Positions 1-13,191 of a DNA stretch of 64,000 nucleotides are shown piece by piece. The notes under the pieces were generated by a model. That model was not told the DNA's origin. It searched no databases and saw nothing but the letters and a program-made list of their open reading frames with translations. The DNA comes from the human T2T-CHM13v2.0 reference genome, Homo sapiens: the NCBI RefSeq assembly GCF_009914755.1, contig NC_060927.1, one strand, 5' to 3'. Within the stretch, counting starts at the first letter, position 1, and every line of letters starts with the position of its first letter. Both the position numbers and the translations under genes were made by a program.

Positions 1-7
1 TTTCAAA

Positions 8-72
8 TATATATATGTGTGTATATATGTGTGTGTGTATATATATACATATGTGTGTGTGTGTATGTATGT
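8..72. repeat. Compound (TA)n/(TG)n microsatellite
   Basis: Directly visible alternating TA and TG blocks. Confidence 0.9.
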
Positions 73-299
73 ATCCCAGTGAAGCACTCCTCTTGGATTT
101 TAACTACCATTCTATTATTCTCCCTAAAGTAGTTGCACAGAATAGTGTGAATGGTGTGAATTCCAGAATAATACAGAGCTGCATCCATATCCTGGCTTCC
201 CATTTATTAGATAGAGGATATTGGACAAATTTATCATCTTTCTAAGCCCTAGATTCTTTCTCAACCACCCACAATTCAGTGATAATTATCATTACTCTC

Positions 300-490
300 A
301 CTGTATTCTCTTTATAGATCAGGCATTATACTAGGTATTTCACGTTTAGAATATTGAATTGTTACGAAAATTTTATTATGCAAGTATTATTCTGATTTAC
401 GTTTAAAGAAACTAATAATAGAGAGGATAAGAAAGCTACCAAGGTCATATAGCTGGCAGGTAATTGAGTGGGGACAACCTAATTCTAAAA
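300..490 (-). mobile_element. MIR SINE fragment
   Basis: gaaactaataatagagagg...ccaaggtcatatagctggcaggtaa resembles the reverse complement of the MIR core. Confidence 0.6.
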
Positions 491-542
491 TTCTTCTTTT
501 TTAAGTGCATATCATACTAGAAGGTACATGTGTGAGTATGGT

Positions 543-565
543 TGTGTGTGTGTGTGTGTTTGTGT
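543..565. repeat. (TG)n microsatellite
   Basis: Directly visible. Confidence 0.85.
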
Positions 566-689
566 ATTAAGGATTTAGTTTGAGTTAATGGATAGAAGAG
601 AGGTGAAGGGCAAAACAAATATTTAACTAAACTTCTCTATGCTAATCCCTGTAGGAGGCACTTTTAATTATTATCACAATATTTTTAGA

Positions 690-805
690 AGAGTATGGCA
701 TTGTCTCCTGAGATGCTGTGAGATTAGAAAACATGTCAAAGGTTACACAGCTAGCATATGAAAGAGCCCAAAATCCAAACCTGTATATGTCTGTCTCTAA
801 GCCCT
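690..805 (-). mobile_element. MIR SINE fragment
   Basis: aaggttacacagctagcatatgaaagagcc...caaacc...tgtctgtctctaagccc, reverse MIR core. Confidence 0.6.
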
Positions 806-1639
806 TTATGACACAGACAAATTATCAATTAGTATTAATGTATAATTTAGGAAATACCTTTTAGAGTCTTACACTTCTAGATTTGGAAATATCTTTGAGA
901 ATAATTCAGAGGTGATAACAAACATATAAGTTGTCTACAGTCGTTAAAAACGGTATCTGCATAGAGTACTGTGACTGGGTGTGGTAGCCCCACTGATGCT
1001 AAACATTAACTCTTTAGTTTCTTAATCATGCTACAGTAAGGGTATCCTGGGAAATTGGCCCAGCCAAAGCAACTTGGACGCTTGAGTAGAAGGACTCTGG
1101 AAGTTCTGGGTAATCGTTATTCACCAACCTGTACAAGCATTTCACTCTCTCATTGGCCTATATGACTATCCATTAGCCCTAGCTACTCTTGTCCTTACTT
1201 TACATCTGGTTAATTATTTAATTTTTCCAAGCTTTAAGTATTTATTCCGCACACCACCCAATTTAATGATATCCACTACTGAGAAGTTATGCAATTTAAC
1301 TGATATTACTTATTTAGTTTGAACTCTAGGATCTTTTGTCCTTCCAAATCCATTGGCTTGTTTTTAAGTTTCTTCTGTTTTTTTTTTTTTCTTTTAAAGG
1401 CACTTCAATAAATATTTTTCTTTATTTTAATTTAAATTTCAATTGCATCTAGATGAAGTGTTGCTTGGGGTAGTGCTAACGGCTTTCCAGTTGTAATATG
1501 ATTATTAAAAAAACAATTGATTTATGGTTTGCTTAAAACAGGTCTATGCTACACCCACACCCAATTTTTCCTTTTCTCTGCTTGTCTTTATTGCTATGTG
1601 ACTTATTGTATAGGAGCTAACCAGACTGGGTGAGAGGAA

Positions 1640-1790
1640 AACTGAGATCTAGACCTAGCTCTGCTTCTGACTAGCTGTGAGTCCTAGGCAAAATCTGTTA
1701 AACACTCTATTTTTGTTTCTTCACCTGTGAAATGAGGAGTTCGATAGTCACTCAGTAGGGTCATTTCTAGCTCTAGCGTCCTATGAATCT
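1640..1790 (+). mobile_element. MIR3-like SINE fragment
   Basis: ctagctctgcttctgactagctgtgagtcctaggcaa...tttcttcacctgtgaaatgagg, ending ttctagctctagcgtcctatgaatct. Confidence 0.65.
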
Positions 1791-3729
1791 GGGCACATGA
1801 CCACTGGATTCCAAGTGTTTCTGTAGTATGTAGTATATGCTTAACATTTATTGCATCAGGCAAGATAGACAGAGGCAGAGAGAGAAAGGGGCAGAGAATT
1901 GTGTCCCCGAAATACTCCAGCCTGCATGGTAAAAGAGGATCAACTCATGTGGAATAGCACAGAAAGTATGAAAACAATGAAATTGTGCTTCATTGAGAAT
2001 CAAAGATGTTTAGCAAGGAGAGGCATGTGTGAGACCAGAAACTGTTAAGAAGTCATTTCAGGGGGATAGACACTGTCAGAGAGCTCATCCTTCACTGGCT
2101 TGTTTCCAGTGAGACCCACTCAGAAAACAGGATCTTCATAATGACTGCTTCAATCTTTTTATCTCACTTATGAAGATAAAATTTAATAATGCCAAGAAGT
2201 TAAGGTATTTTTATAGTCAGGTCTTGCTGGTGTGTAGAGAACTATCTCTCTCATTCATATCCTGAAGACAGCATTTTGGGCCAAAATACAAAGTAATACT
2301 CCTTTCTTTTCAATGTGAAATACTCTTACACATTACTGTAGAGGAGACTCTCCATGTTTGCACTAACACCTTTCCTCCTCTCTGAGGTGAGTTGATTATA
2401 ATAAGAACTTTAAGGAATCAAACATATGGAATAAAATACACAAGGTCTAAGGATGAAGTCACTGTTTTGTTCAACGGCACAAGACTCACAATAAAAAAAA
2501 GACATATTTTGGAAAGCAATGGAACTTAAGAGATAAAATGTGCAGATAGTAAGAGGGTCTTATGGGCTGGATTTGAGCATTTAGTATATGACAGTAGGAA
2601 TAAGGAAATAGTAAAGACTTTTAAGGAGAGTAGTGGAACAATGAAAGTCATGTTTAAGTTACATTAATCTGCACTGCGTTTTTAAAAATGTATTTTAAAT
2701 GACTAGCTTCCATTTGGAATAGAAAATATCTTATTTTTGCTCATGAATTTCGAAAACATCAAAACTAGTGTTAAACCATATTTAGTTTTCATCTGTCTCG
2801 TTTTAGCTATTTTAAAACTCACAGTACAAGATTCACTATGTCTAAGTAAGCCTTTAGGTTTTTAAGTTCCTGTTAGTTCTCTTAGAGTGCTTGCAATTTT
2901 AGTCTCAGAAGGAGTTGAATGTGTGCACATTTTAGCTGATGTTAATTTACAATGATTAAATCTTTTTTCTCTTTGGGTTTGCCACTATTAATAACTACAA
3001 CTTCAAAAAACCCATTGAATACAAAATGGATTGGGAGAGAGTCTGGAGTCTGCATGATGGTAGAAGCAACCAAGAGCTTTCTACAATAATTCAATCGTGG
3101 TAATGGTAGCCACTGACTAGGCTAACAGTAGAGAGTATTTAATGACAGGAATGAGATTTCCCTGGGAAATCTGGTGAAATATGATGAGAGCAAAGGAAGG
3201 AAGAGGGAATAGTTAAATATTATTTCTAGATTTAGAGTTTAGAGACAGAGGGGGTTATACCTCTGAAAGCAAGACCTATGCTGGAGGGAAAATGGGCTTT
3301 GAAGGTGGAGATGATGGTCATCCCTGTTGTACTGAGATGTTGGTGAGACATCCAAGTAAAAATTGTTGCAGAATATTGTATCTTTATGAATATAAGATCA
3401 ATTAAAATATGTTAATTCTCAGGCAAAGTGAATTTAACTTTAAATACATATTTAATCAAAACTTTAGAAATATTTATAAAATTTCAGAAGTGCTACAGTC
3501 TTGAATTTTACTTTTTGGTGACATTAATTTTACTTGCAAACACAAATGGAATAAGACCTCAGAGGCTCCTTTTTCATCATCTAATTTCACTTCCATAAAG
3601 CAATTCTTGTCTGATGAGAGCATAATGCAGGCTTCTATATAAAATATTCCCTGTCGTATTTCTGAGAATGATTTTGCCTCTTTTTGATTCTTGTGTTTAA
3701 GACTCAGATAGGGCAGAGTTTATCAGTGT

Positions 3730-4255
3730 GTGCTTAAACCCTGTAAATGGCTTCCATTGCTTTTAAGATTAAGACAAAAATCCTCCAGCTGAAGGGGCTG
3801 TGTGTTCCAGTTGATTCTTGTCTGGCTCTTTGTCCTCATCACCCACGACTCTCTTTTCTACTCCTTGTATGCCAGCCACACTGACCTCCAGGCTTCCTCT
3901 CTTTTGGGGCCTTTCTATGTGCTATTTTCTTTCCCCGAAATCTTCTTTCCACCCTACCTCCTCATACCCAGCCCTTTGCCTGCCTGGTGTTTACTCATCT
4001 TTCAGCCCTCAGGCCACATTGCACCTAGTCACTGAAGACTTCCCAGACTCAGCCAGGTCACCTTGTATAACATCTTATAGCACCAAGACTTTTTCCTTGA
4101 CACTTATCACAATTTATAAGTGTATGTGTATGTATATTTGCTTCATGTCTCTTTGCTGAGATCTAATTTTCATGAGTGTAGTTGTCTTGCCTGTTTTGTT
4201 CCTCCATGTATCCTTCATGCCTAATGTACCATATATTTGTTAAACAGCTGGATGA
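3730..4255 (+). mobile_element. L2 LINE 3' fragment
   Basis: aatggcttccattgc...cacactgacctcc...degenerate L2 3' end (atatatttgttaaacagctggatga); pyrimidine-rich as expected for L2 sense. Confidence 0.65.
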
Positions 4256-7200
4256 CAGAATATCGCAACCATGGCAGGGAGGTTGGATTATTGATGCCAT
4301 CCCAATCCCATCTTCATTGAAATAGCTCTAGACATCTAGTGGCACTTGTGTTCTCACCAGACTCCTGCTCTAGGTGCAACTTTGGATAATACTTGGAAAG
4401 TCAGGGCAATGGAGAGTGTGTCTTCACAAAGTGTGAAAGGGTTTATAGAGTATACAGAAGCATTTCTCCAGAATAAAAGGAACATCAGTTTGAGATTCTT
4501 CAGGCTGTAGAAATACTGTATCTGCATGTAATAAAAATCAAACAAATATAGTGTTAAAGAATAATGAGCTTTGCAAATTTGCTGATGCTCAGGTTAGGGG
4601 TTAGTCTATTTTATTTACTTTTTATCTACTTAAATTCTTTCTTCCCCAGATGCTATCATTTTTTTATTCTAGATGGAATTGCTTTTGACATCAAAGTGTT
4701 ATGTAATCAAGGTAATTTATGGTGAAAAACTATTTTTTAAATAAATACAAATGAGCTCTTCTCAATGTACTAGAGCAGAGAAAAATTCTCTTTTCCCCTT
4801 TCCTGACTTTAACATAAGATTCTCCTTTTTTTGTGTGTGTGTTTCAAGTTGTGCTCTTACCTCTGAAAAACTGTCTGAAGGAATATATTTTGTGTTTATG
4901 TGTCTTCTTCCAACACAAAACTAAACATAGGGTATGTCTGTTGCTTTCAGACCCTTGGAAATTGTTTCCTTCCAAAACATGTGTACATAGGAGCCATTAG
5001 CCTAAACAGGCAGCTCACCTAAATGACACTCATTGTCATGAATGACAGAGCACCACCACCAAGATTTGCACTGATATGGATTCTTTTTTTAAATAATCAA
5101 GTGTTCCAAAATTCACTTCCAATATCTCATTGGAGTGGCTTGCATTAGATTTTTAGTTTAGCATAATACAAACGTATGACATTCTCAAAAATGTAATTCC
5201 CCTTTAACTGAAACATTTTCCAGAAAGAAAATTATTTTTCAGCTATGCTTTCTTTATATCTGGTCATATAATCAATAGTTTTAAAAGTGTGATAACTTTT
5301 TGTTGAATAAATATAGTAATATCAAATTAGCGAGAATGATTCCAAATCAGTCACTTTTACTGATTTCTGTATTCTCAAAAGTTATGTATTCATTTTAGTT
5401 ATATAAAATTAACTAAATTTCAATGGGTAAAATTCAATAACTTTGCAATGACAACTGTCATAATATCTAGTTTCTTAAAACCATTGTATTTTAATGTTTG
5501 TCAGGTTGAAAAAGTCAAATATAGTAACATAATCCTGTCGTTACTTAAAATGCATTGAATTCTGGCATTGTTCTCCGGAATACACATATTTTTTCATATC
5601 CTTGATTCAAGTTTTATAAACTAAATTTTACCCCAAGAGAATACATCCTTGAGAACATTTAGCCTGCTTCCAATTGCTCCAGAACAACAATGGCAATATC
5701 TTAAATTCTCTCATTTTGTAAAAATGGCCTTAGGGATGCTTTACAATCAGTTTACTTCAAAGACTGCTGGGTCAAGAGGACAGGGGAAAAAAACAAGGTC
5801 AATAGCCAGGGCTTTCCATCTATCATGGTGGGACCACTGGAGCCAGAAGCTCTAAATAATCCTAAAAAATTCAGAGGCTTCTTCCCTTGAGAAGGACGCA
5901 TTTCTAATGGCCAGCTTTTCTAAGTCGGGAGCTAATAATACCCTCAACCTACTTGCCTTTTGCAGATATGTGTGACACAAAGTATGGATAATTTCTGCTG
6001 AATTGAACCCATAATGAAGGAATTTATAATCAGTTCTAATGTATTTGAGACCCAAAGTATATTAGCCCTTCATCAAAGGGAATGATAAAAAGCAGCATTA
6101 ATATGGGTGGATAGTAATTATTTCAGAGCTCATAATTATTCTCCTGTTAACTACAGAGAAACGCTGATATTTTTACTCCCTTTTTAAAAAATAAAAGGCT
6201 CTGGTCGGATTCTGAAATGTAAGAATGCATCGCACGTCCTTTACCAGAACCCATACTTTGAATTATGCTCATGTTAATCGAAAAGGAACTATTTTGGAAT
6301 TAAATGAGTTCAAAGTTCATGTTAGGAGTTCCCTTTACCTTGCTTAGTCCTGTTGTTTCACCACTGAATTTATTTATTGCCCATAGGAGATATAAAGTAT
6401 AGTAATTACTCTCACTCCCTTTCAAAATGACAGGAGGTCTACTCTCCTATTAACTCTAATGAGAGTTATGTGTGTGTTCCTCAGGGAGGACAGACCCAAT
6501 AGAGTTTCAAGGTAGAATTAATCACTTCTACACACTGGTTTTAGTGGTCTCATTTGCTTTATATTTTGGTGCTTTGAGATATCCATTTAAACTGCTTGTA
6601 TTGAAAATGCAGTATTTGTTGTTTAAAAGAAGCATAAGCTGTGGTTAGAATGTTGTTAATAACTGTTATTTCTATTTGAAGGATAAATGTGTTACCCTTT
6701 GAGGAAATGATGTTGCTCAATTTACAGGAATAGAGTGTCTAAAATGTGACTGTCTACTTTTCATAAAAAATTAATGCCAATTACCTTTTACAATATTTTC
6801 TTTCCGTTTAAAATGTTTTAACATGAGTGATTACATCAGTTCTAACAGTTTAGAACAAAGGGAAAGTGAGCCAGAGAGCTGGATGCCCTAGCAAAGAAGG
6901 GAGCTCTAGGCAGAGGTGGTGTTTTGTTTCCAGCAGGGGAAGAGGGAATCTTGAGATCATGTAGGGATCTGTTGCGGTAATCCAGAAGCATATGTTTACT
7001 CCACTGAGGCTTCCTCAGAGAAACCAGTGTGGAGTTTCTCAGTTTGCAGCCCTGAACTCTGTAGATATTTATTCTCAGTGCCTTTAGGCGTAGAGATAAA
7101 GGAAATCTGTGTTCTTTCTTCTTATAATCAGTTTTGCCCAAAACTGTTACCAACCCTCTTCTTCCTAGGGAACCTTCAAAAATCAGATATGTAAAAAATT

Positions 7201-10149
7201 CTTGATGTTAAGAACACCCAGATATACTGAAATCACTAAAATACTGCTGTAATTCGTACTATGGGAAAAAACTTACTGTCATCTAATAATAACGTTTTAT
7301 TTAGTATCAATAAATGAAGTGTATTGGGATAACTGGACTTAATCCTCCTCCAGGATAATCATATCCCCATGATGCTGAAGCAATATTTGTATTTGCTTCT
7401 AATTCTTCAGATTTATTACAATAAAAGATGTCCTATACAATGCATGCATGCAATTATTATCTCACATCAGGTAAGAGAAACACAGTTTCCTAAGTAAGGA
7501 AGGTAAAAATAACTAATGTAGCAAAAAACAAAAAATAAAACAACAACAACAACAAAAAAAAAAAAACAAGAAGCAAACAAGCAAAAAAACTGATCCATCA
7601 ACCATGCATCCATGGAAAAACTCTCTGTATATATACTGTCCATGACTTCTCTACATATGCCCTCAACTAGCAACTGAGAGCCATGTGCCACATGCAAAGA
7701 AGTGGGCGATGATGTTTTGACAACAATTCTCTTACTGTTGCAACTCATGTAGGCCCAAGAGCTAGCCAGCTCTAAATACATGTAAAGTATATAGAAAGCA
7801 CTGGCTCAGTGGCTATATAAGCTGAATGATTCCTCATAGAAATCATGTAAATTGACTTGGGTACCCTAGAAGGGGAAAGAAAGACAATTCCATCTGACTA
7901 ATTCAAGAGAGAGCTCTTATAGAGCCCCGAACAAAATGAAGACAGTGATTTAATTGTGATAGATTTTACACGTGCCTCCAAATATTAGCAAACTAATGAT
8001 TCAGGAAAAAAAATTTGAGCTCACATTAATGATTTCTTAATATAGCCAAGAATTAAGCAAATTAAGTAATTTAACTAAAATTGGAAAGTAGATAGTGGTT
8101 TTGGCAGCAATAAATGCCACTGCATTTAAATTGTGTTGCTAACCAGTGAATAAAACCATAATTTCTACATAGCAGCCTAGAAAATAGAAATGTATATTTT
8201 TTTGCAGTCTTTAAGAAATTACAGAAAAATTAAAAGCTTGAAAATATAATTTTTGAAGTCTAATATTTTGAGGGATGCTTTGAAATTGGAAATATTTTAA
8301 ATATAATATTCTGATTCAGCAATTTTAAAATTTAAATGAAAAAATATGTATAGCTTTCAGAAATGTAGCTATGTTGTTGCATGAATGTCAAATAATCCTA
8401 AGCATGCCTTTTGCATTTAAACAGGGTCATGTTAAATAAATGTACATTTCTGTGAACTTGCAACTGAGTGTCAATTAATATAAATTATTGCTTTATCTAT
8501 GTTTTCTGTTAATGGAATAATTGCTTGCAGGTGTGATTATAAAAGTCTATCACTTAATTTATTGTTTATAGTTTCCCTGTCTGTGTTTGAAATGACCTTG
8601 AAACCGTGACCTTTCAATTGAGGTAGTCAATGGGTTACTTCAATTACTTCATCCATTTCTGCCTTTCCAATCTTCTGATCTTTGACAAGTTATTACTGTT
8701 TTTCAAGGCTGTCTCCCTGAGCTGATGAAACATAACTGTATTATATCTTATTTTTCCCCCTCTGTTTTCTGGGATTGTGTTTTTCATTCTTTGGGAGTTA
8801 TAATAGTAAATTTAGTTTGGAATTATAAATATAATGAATAGTAATCTCGGAAAAGACTTAGAAATTTTGCTAAAAATGTTTAACAATCTTTCCCTATGAA
8901 GTGTGCTTAGACTTAATGCCTGCTTCTTTACTATTTATATTATTGAAATCAGTACATGACTTTCAGTCTCTTTTTCCCTCCCTTTTCTTTGACTGTTATT
9001 TTATGCATGACAAAATTCTCTTGCTTACTGCTATGTGATTGGCTGTCTTTTAACTTGAGTGTCGTGTGTTTGTAATGATTGCTTTTTGCATGAGGATTAT
9101 TAAATGTCATGCAAATTAAATGGTTGTGGAAACAAAAAAAGAATGTGAGACTTCACTTGCTTTTTTATGTGCTGAGTATGTCAATTATGTGACACTTAAA
9201 ATTACTTTCATATGCCCTTTGACGTCCCCTTTGGTGTGCTCCTTTATTCTTGCAAATTAGCATTGTTAAGTATAATAAAACACTTATTAAGCATTCACAG
9301 TGTTTTAATACAATTATTCTCCTCAAACATGATCCTATTATAAATAACTATACTGAGCATGAAACTGCACTAAGGCATAATTCCATTATATTACTAAATT
9401 GATTATGAAATATAAGCCCTGACTCGGTAACTACCTTAATAGCTAAACACTGACTTCTACTGATCGAACTTTTGCTCTGCTGAGTGATGAGACTATTTAG
9501 TGATACATTTGTGCAGGATGCAAATGTCTTAAATCCACAAGTAATATTTAAATGAAAACACATGGGGAAATATTTGTGTAATGACAAGTAATTTTAAAAA
9601 GTCACAGTTTTGAAAAATGTATGGATTAAAAATATGTGAAAACCAAATGTTAATGTTCTTAAAAAAAAGAAGAAAATAGAAAAAGAGCAACTTAAGATAT
9701 TCATATCTCTGTCTTCTCTAAGGTTATTATATTGTCTCAAATTAAAGAATGAATTTGACCTACTTTTTTAATGTTGCCACCAATTTAAATTAGAAAAGAC
9801 ACTGAATAAATTAAGTTCTTTCAGCTAATAAAACTGTTTACTTTTTTGTATGCAATGGGTATTTTTTTTTTTTTTTTTAAAGTCTTTGCTCATGACTTGA
9901 TTTTCAAGCCATAATGTATTTTTTATGCTGGATATATTTACAACCCAAATCTTCTATGAGATATTTTTGGGAAAGGGTTTTTTTTTCTTAAACAAAAATA
10001 GGTAGTCAATTATGATGTGACCACTTCCCCACTCTTTTTGGAAATATCCTTGAGAATTTTAGTATTTATATTTATTTTTTCCCCTCAGTCTTGTTTATTC
10101 TTGAATTGTCTTTTTTTTTTTTCCTCCATTTCTCCGTTCTCAATCCTAG

Positions 10150-10209
10150 GTCCCCTTACAAAGAAACAGACAGATGATTTAGGTGATAATGACGGTGCTG
10201 AAGATGAAG
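10150..10209 (+). CDS. NLGN1: NLGN1 alternative cassette exon, splice site A insert A2 (20 codons, (G)PLTKKQTDDLGDNDGAEDE)
   Basis: Long pyrimidine tract then cctAG at 10148-10149; 60 nt, frame-preserving, phase 1 at both ends; donor GTATTT at 10210; peptide matches the known acidic neuroligin A2 insert. Confidence 0.95.
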
Positions 10210-10233
10210 GTATTTTTTTTCACCAAATCTATT

Positions 10234-10239
10234 TGCATG
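10234..10239 (+). promoter_or_regulatory. RBFOX motif TGCATG 25 nt downstream of exon A2
   Basis: Exact TGCATG; more copies at 10564, 9087, 9004, 8378, 7441 and 7445. Binding itself cannot be shown from sequence. Confidence 0.6.
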
Positions 10240-12579
10240 ACAAGGGCCTCAATCACTTTTTCCACCCCTTTCTATTTTTTTACTTCTTGTCTTTTTTTGA
10301 AGAGTTGTTTTTAATTCCTGTTTTTGATGTGTTTTGTCTTCTTGCTTGTTGTTACATACAAATATAGAGTATTAATTTTTTTAAAACATTAATATTAAGT
10401 TTTACATTTTGATGCCAACCATTAAAATGTTTTAAAAAGAGGGGCATTTTTTTTTTGTTTTCTTGAACTGACTTTTGATATGTTTCATCCCACATTTTGA
10501 CTGAATTTTGTCCACCTTCTTTGAACTAACAATCTCTCCCTTGTAGTCTCTCTGTGCCCATTTTGCATGTTTTCTAATCTATGTAAATATTTTCCCGAAT
10601 ATTAAAATGTGCTTCATTTTTACATTCGACATTTGTTTTAAAAAAACACACACACCCAATAAAATGAAGGACAAGCTGAAAGCTAATATAAAGTGTTTCT
10701 TGAGCAATATATTTTAATGTAAAAAATACTGTTTTCTGTTTATTTGCTTAAATGTCACATAAATGCAATTAAATTGTATACATAAGAAAAGGCATTACAA
10801 CTATTTAGAAAACTGTAGTAAACATTGTACAACCATTTAAGTATTCTGGACTCCTGTAGTACTTTTGATAGAGTCTGTAGCTATTTTCTTAGACAAGATT
10901 CAATGAATATTCTTAATTTCAAGGAGACATGATTTCCAGATTGTCAAATAAAATATTCTGATTTTCAAACATTGCAACTATAAGCAATAGAATATTTTCT
11001 ACTTCATTAATATCCAAATTGTTTCTCCTTACAACTTTCATTTGACATACAATTCTGATTTACTCTGTAAACCTATGAACTCACTACCTAGATTGACTTG
11101 ACATTTCTGATTTCACTGTACCTTTACATGGTGTTAAAGTGAGCTCATCTTTTTTGGTTCCAATCAGGATTAAAGTTTATGCTTTTTGTTTGTTCATTTT
11201 GTTATGTTTTGTAATCCCAGGTTTCAGAGTAAGTGCCAGAAATCTAGAAATTAAATCTCATAACGAAAATAATAATGTGGTTAGAAAAGTTTTCCAAAAT
11301 AAAATAATCTACAACAAGGACAGCAAAAGTTTTGTTCCATGAGTTACAAGGGAACTATGGGTAAATAAATTTTTACTAAAATATTTGCCTTATTTGCATT
11401 GACATATATACATTTAATAAACTCCTTCACAACAGATAATTAAATTACAGAGGTGGAGTATTGAGAACTTAAAAATTATATTTGGTGTTAATATTTTTGA
11501 AACACTTAAGAATTATTTTGATTAAATAAAATGTATGACATTTGATTAAATATTTATTTACCACGAACACCAGCAGTGGATTAAAGATTAAACACAAAGC
11601 AGTCATTAATATTTGAAACAAATCATTATCGCTGTCCAAGAGTTATTCTGAATGTTAAATAGCTAAAAATAAACTTATACTATCAAGATGCAAATTCTGA
11701 TATTTTAAACACTATTTGAAATTTGATGCATTCAAACATTCAGGATATTTTGTGACATTGTAGAACATTAATTACTGTTTCCAAAACTATAAGAAGACTA
11801 CTTCCACTTTCAGGCTTTGGGACTTTTTGAACCCCTTGAAAATCCTTAACTCCTAGAATTTGTTATCTAAATAATACTGAAAGCATACAGGACTTCTTCA
11901 TGTGTATCTTTGTAAAGGCCAAATTTTCCCCATTTAGGCAAAGGGTTAAAATACATTATTTTCCTATTTTAAAAATATTTTGATTGCTTATTTAATGTGA
12001 TTTTTTTTTTCCTTTTGTTAAAACAGCTTCAAGTAAGGCATTTACCTATTTAGAGTAGGTAAGTCTGAGCGATCATAGCTAGGCCATGTAAACCTGAATC
12101 TATTTTATAGACATGTTTTGAAGCACATTTAACATTTTTAAATAGCCATTTAAAATATCCTAAAACCCTATTAAAATGTCAGGTAGTATTCAGGTTAAGT
12201 ACTAAGCCATTCAGTCACAAGAGTTATTGAATCAATAAATATTTTTAAATACTCAAAAGCGTAGAATGTCAAAACAGTCAATTCCAGTTCGGTCTCTTCC
12301 TCTGTGTTGTTTCAGATAATTGTTTTGAATACAAGAAAGATGAATTCAGATATCCTACAGGGGAAAAGAAACCTTTTATAGAAATTTCAGAGCATTTTTA
12401 ACTCAATTCTTTTTATCATTATTTTGTAGATGTGACTGTGAATAAAAATTGTGATCAATATTGAATTTGTTCCAAATGTTGACTCGACATCACTGGACAT
12501 AAGGCAACAAATATGAAGGACTTGATAAGTAACTTCATTTACATCAGTCAGAAGTCAGGTCATCAGATCACTTATGTGA

Positions 12580-13028
<449 letters not shown>

Positions 13029-13093
13029 TAAAAACAAGACTAATCTGAAGTGACAAAAATGGTTCAAAGTAACATCCCAGATTTCTACCAACT

Positions 13094-13151
13094 TATTTTA
13101 AAAATTTAAGAAGTATTTTAAAAATTTAAGAAGTATTTTTAAAAATTTTAA
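13094..13151. repeat. 20-bp tandem repeat (tattttaaaaatttaagaag) x about 2.8
   Basis: Two exact copies at 13094 and 13114 plus a partial third. Confidence 0.9.
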
Positions 13152-13191
13152 TGGTGCTAATAATGCCTTCATATTAACATTTCAATATTTA

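Noticed and set aside
1-10149. NLGN1 A1 insert exon (VKRISKECARKPGKKICRKG)
   Set aside because: No matching coding sequence seen by eye; presumably upstream of the window.
10017-10367. 116-aa hydrophobic ORF as a membrane protein gene
   Set aside because: Only 10150-10209 is exon; the Phe/Leu-rich flanks are translated T-rich splice tracts.
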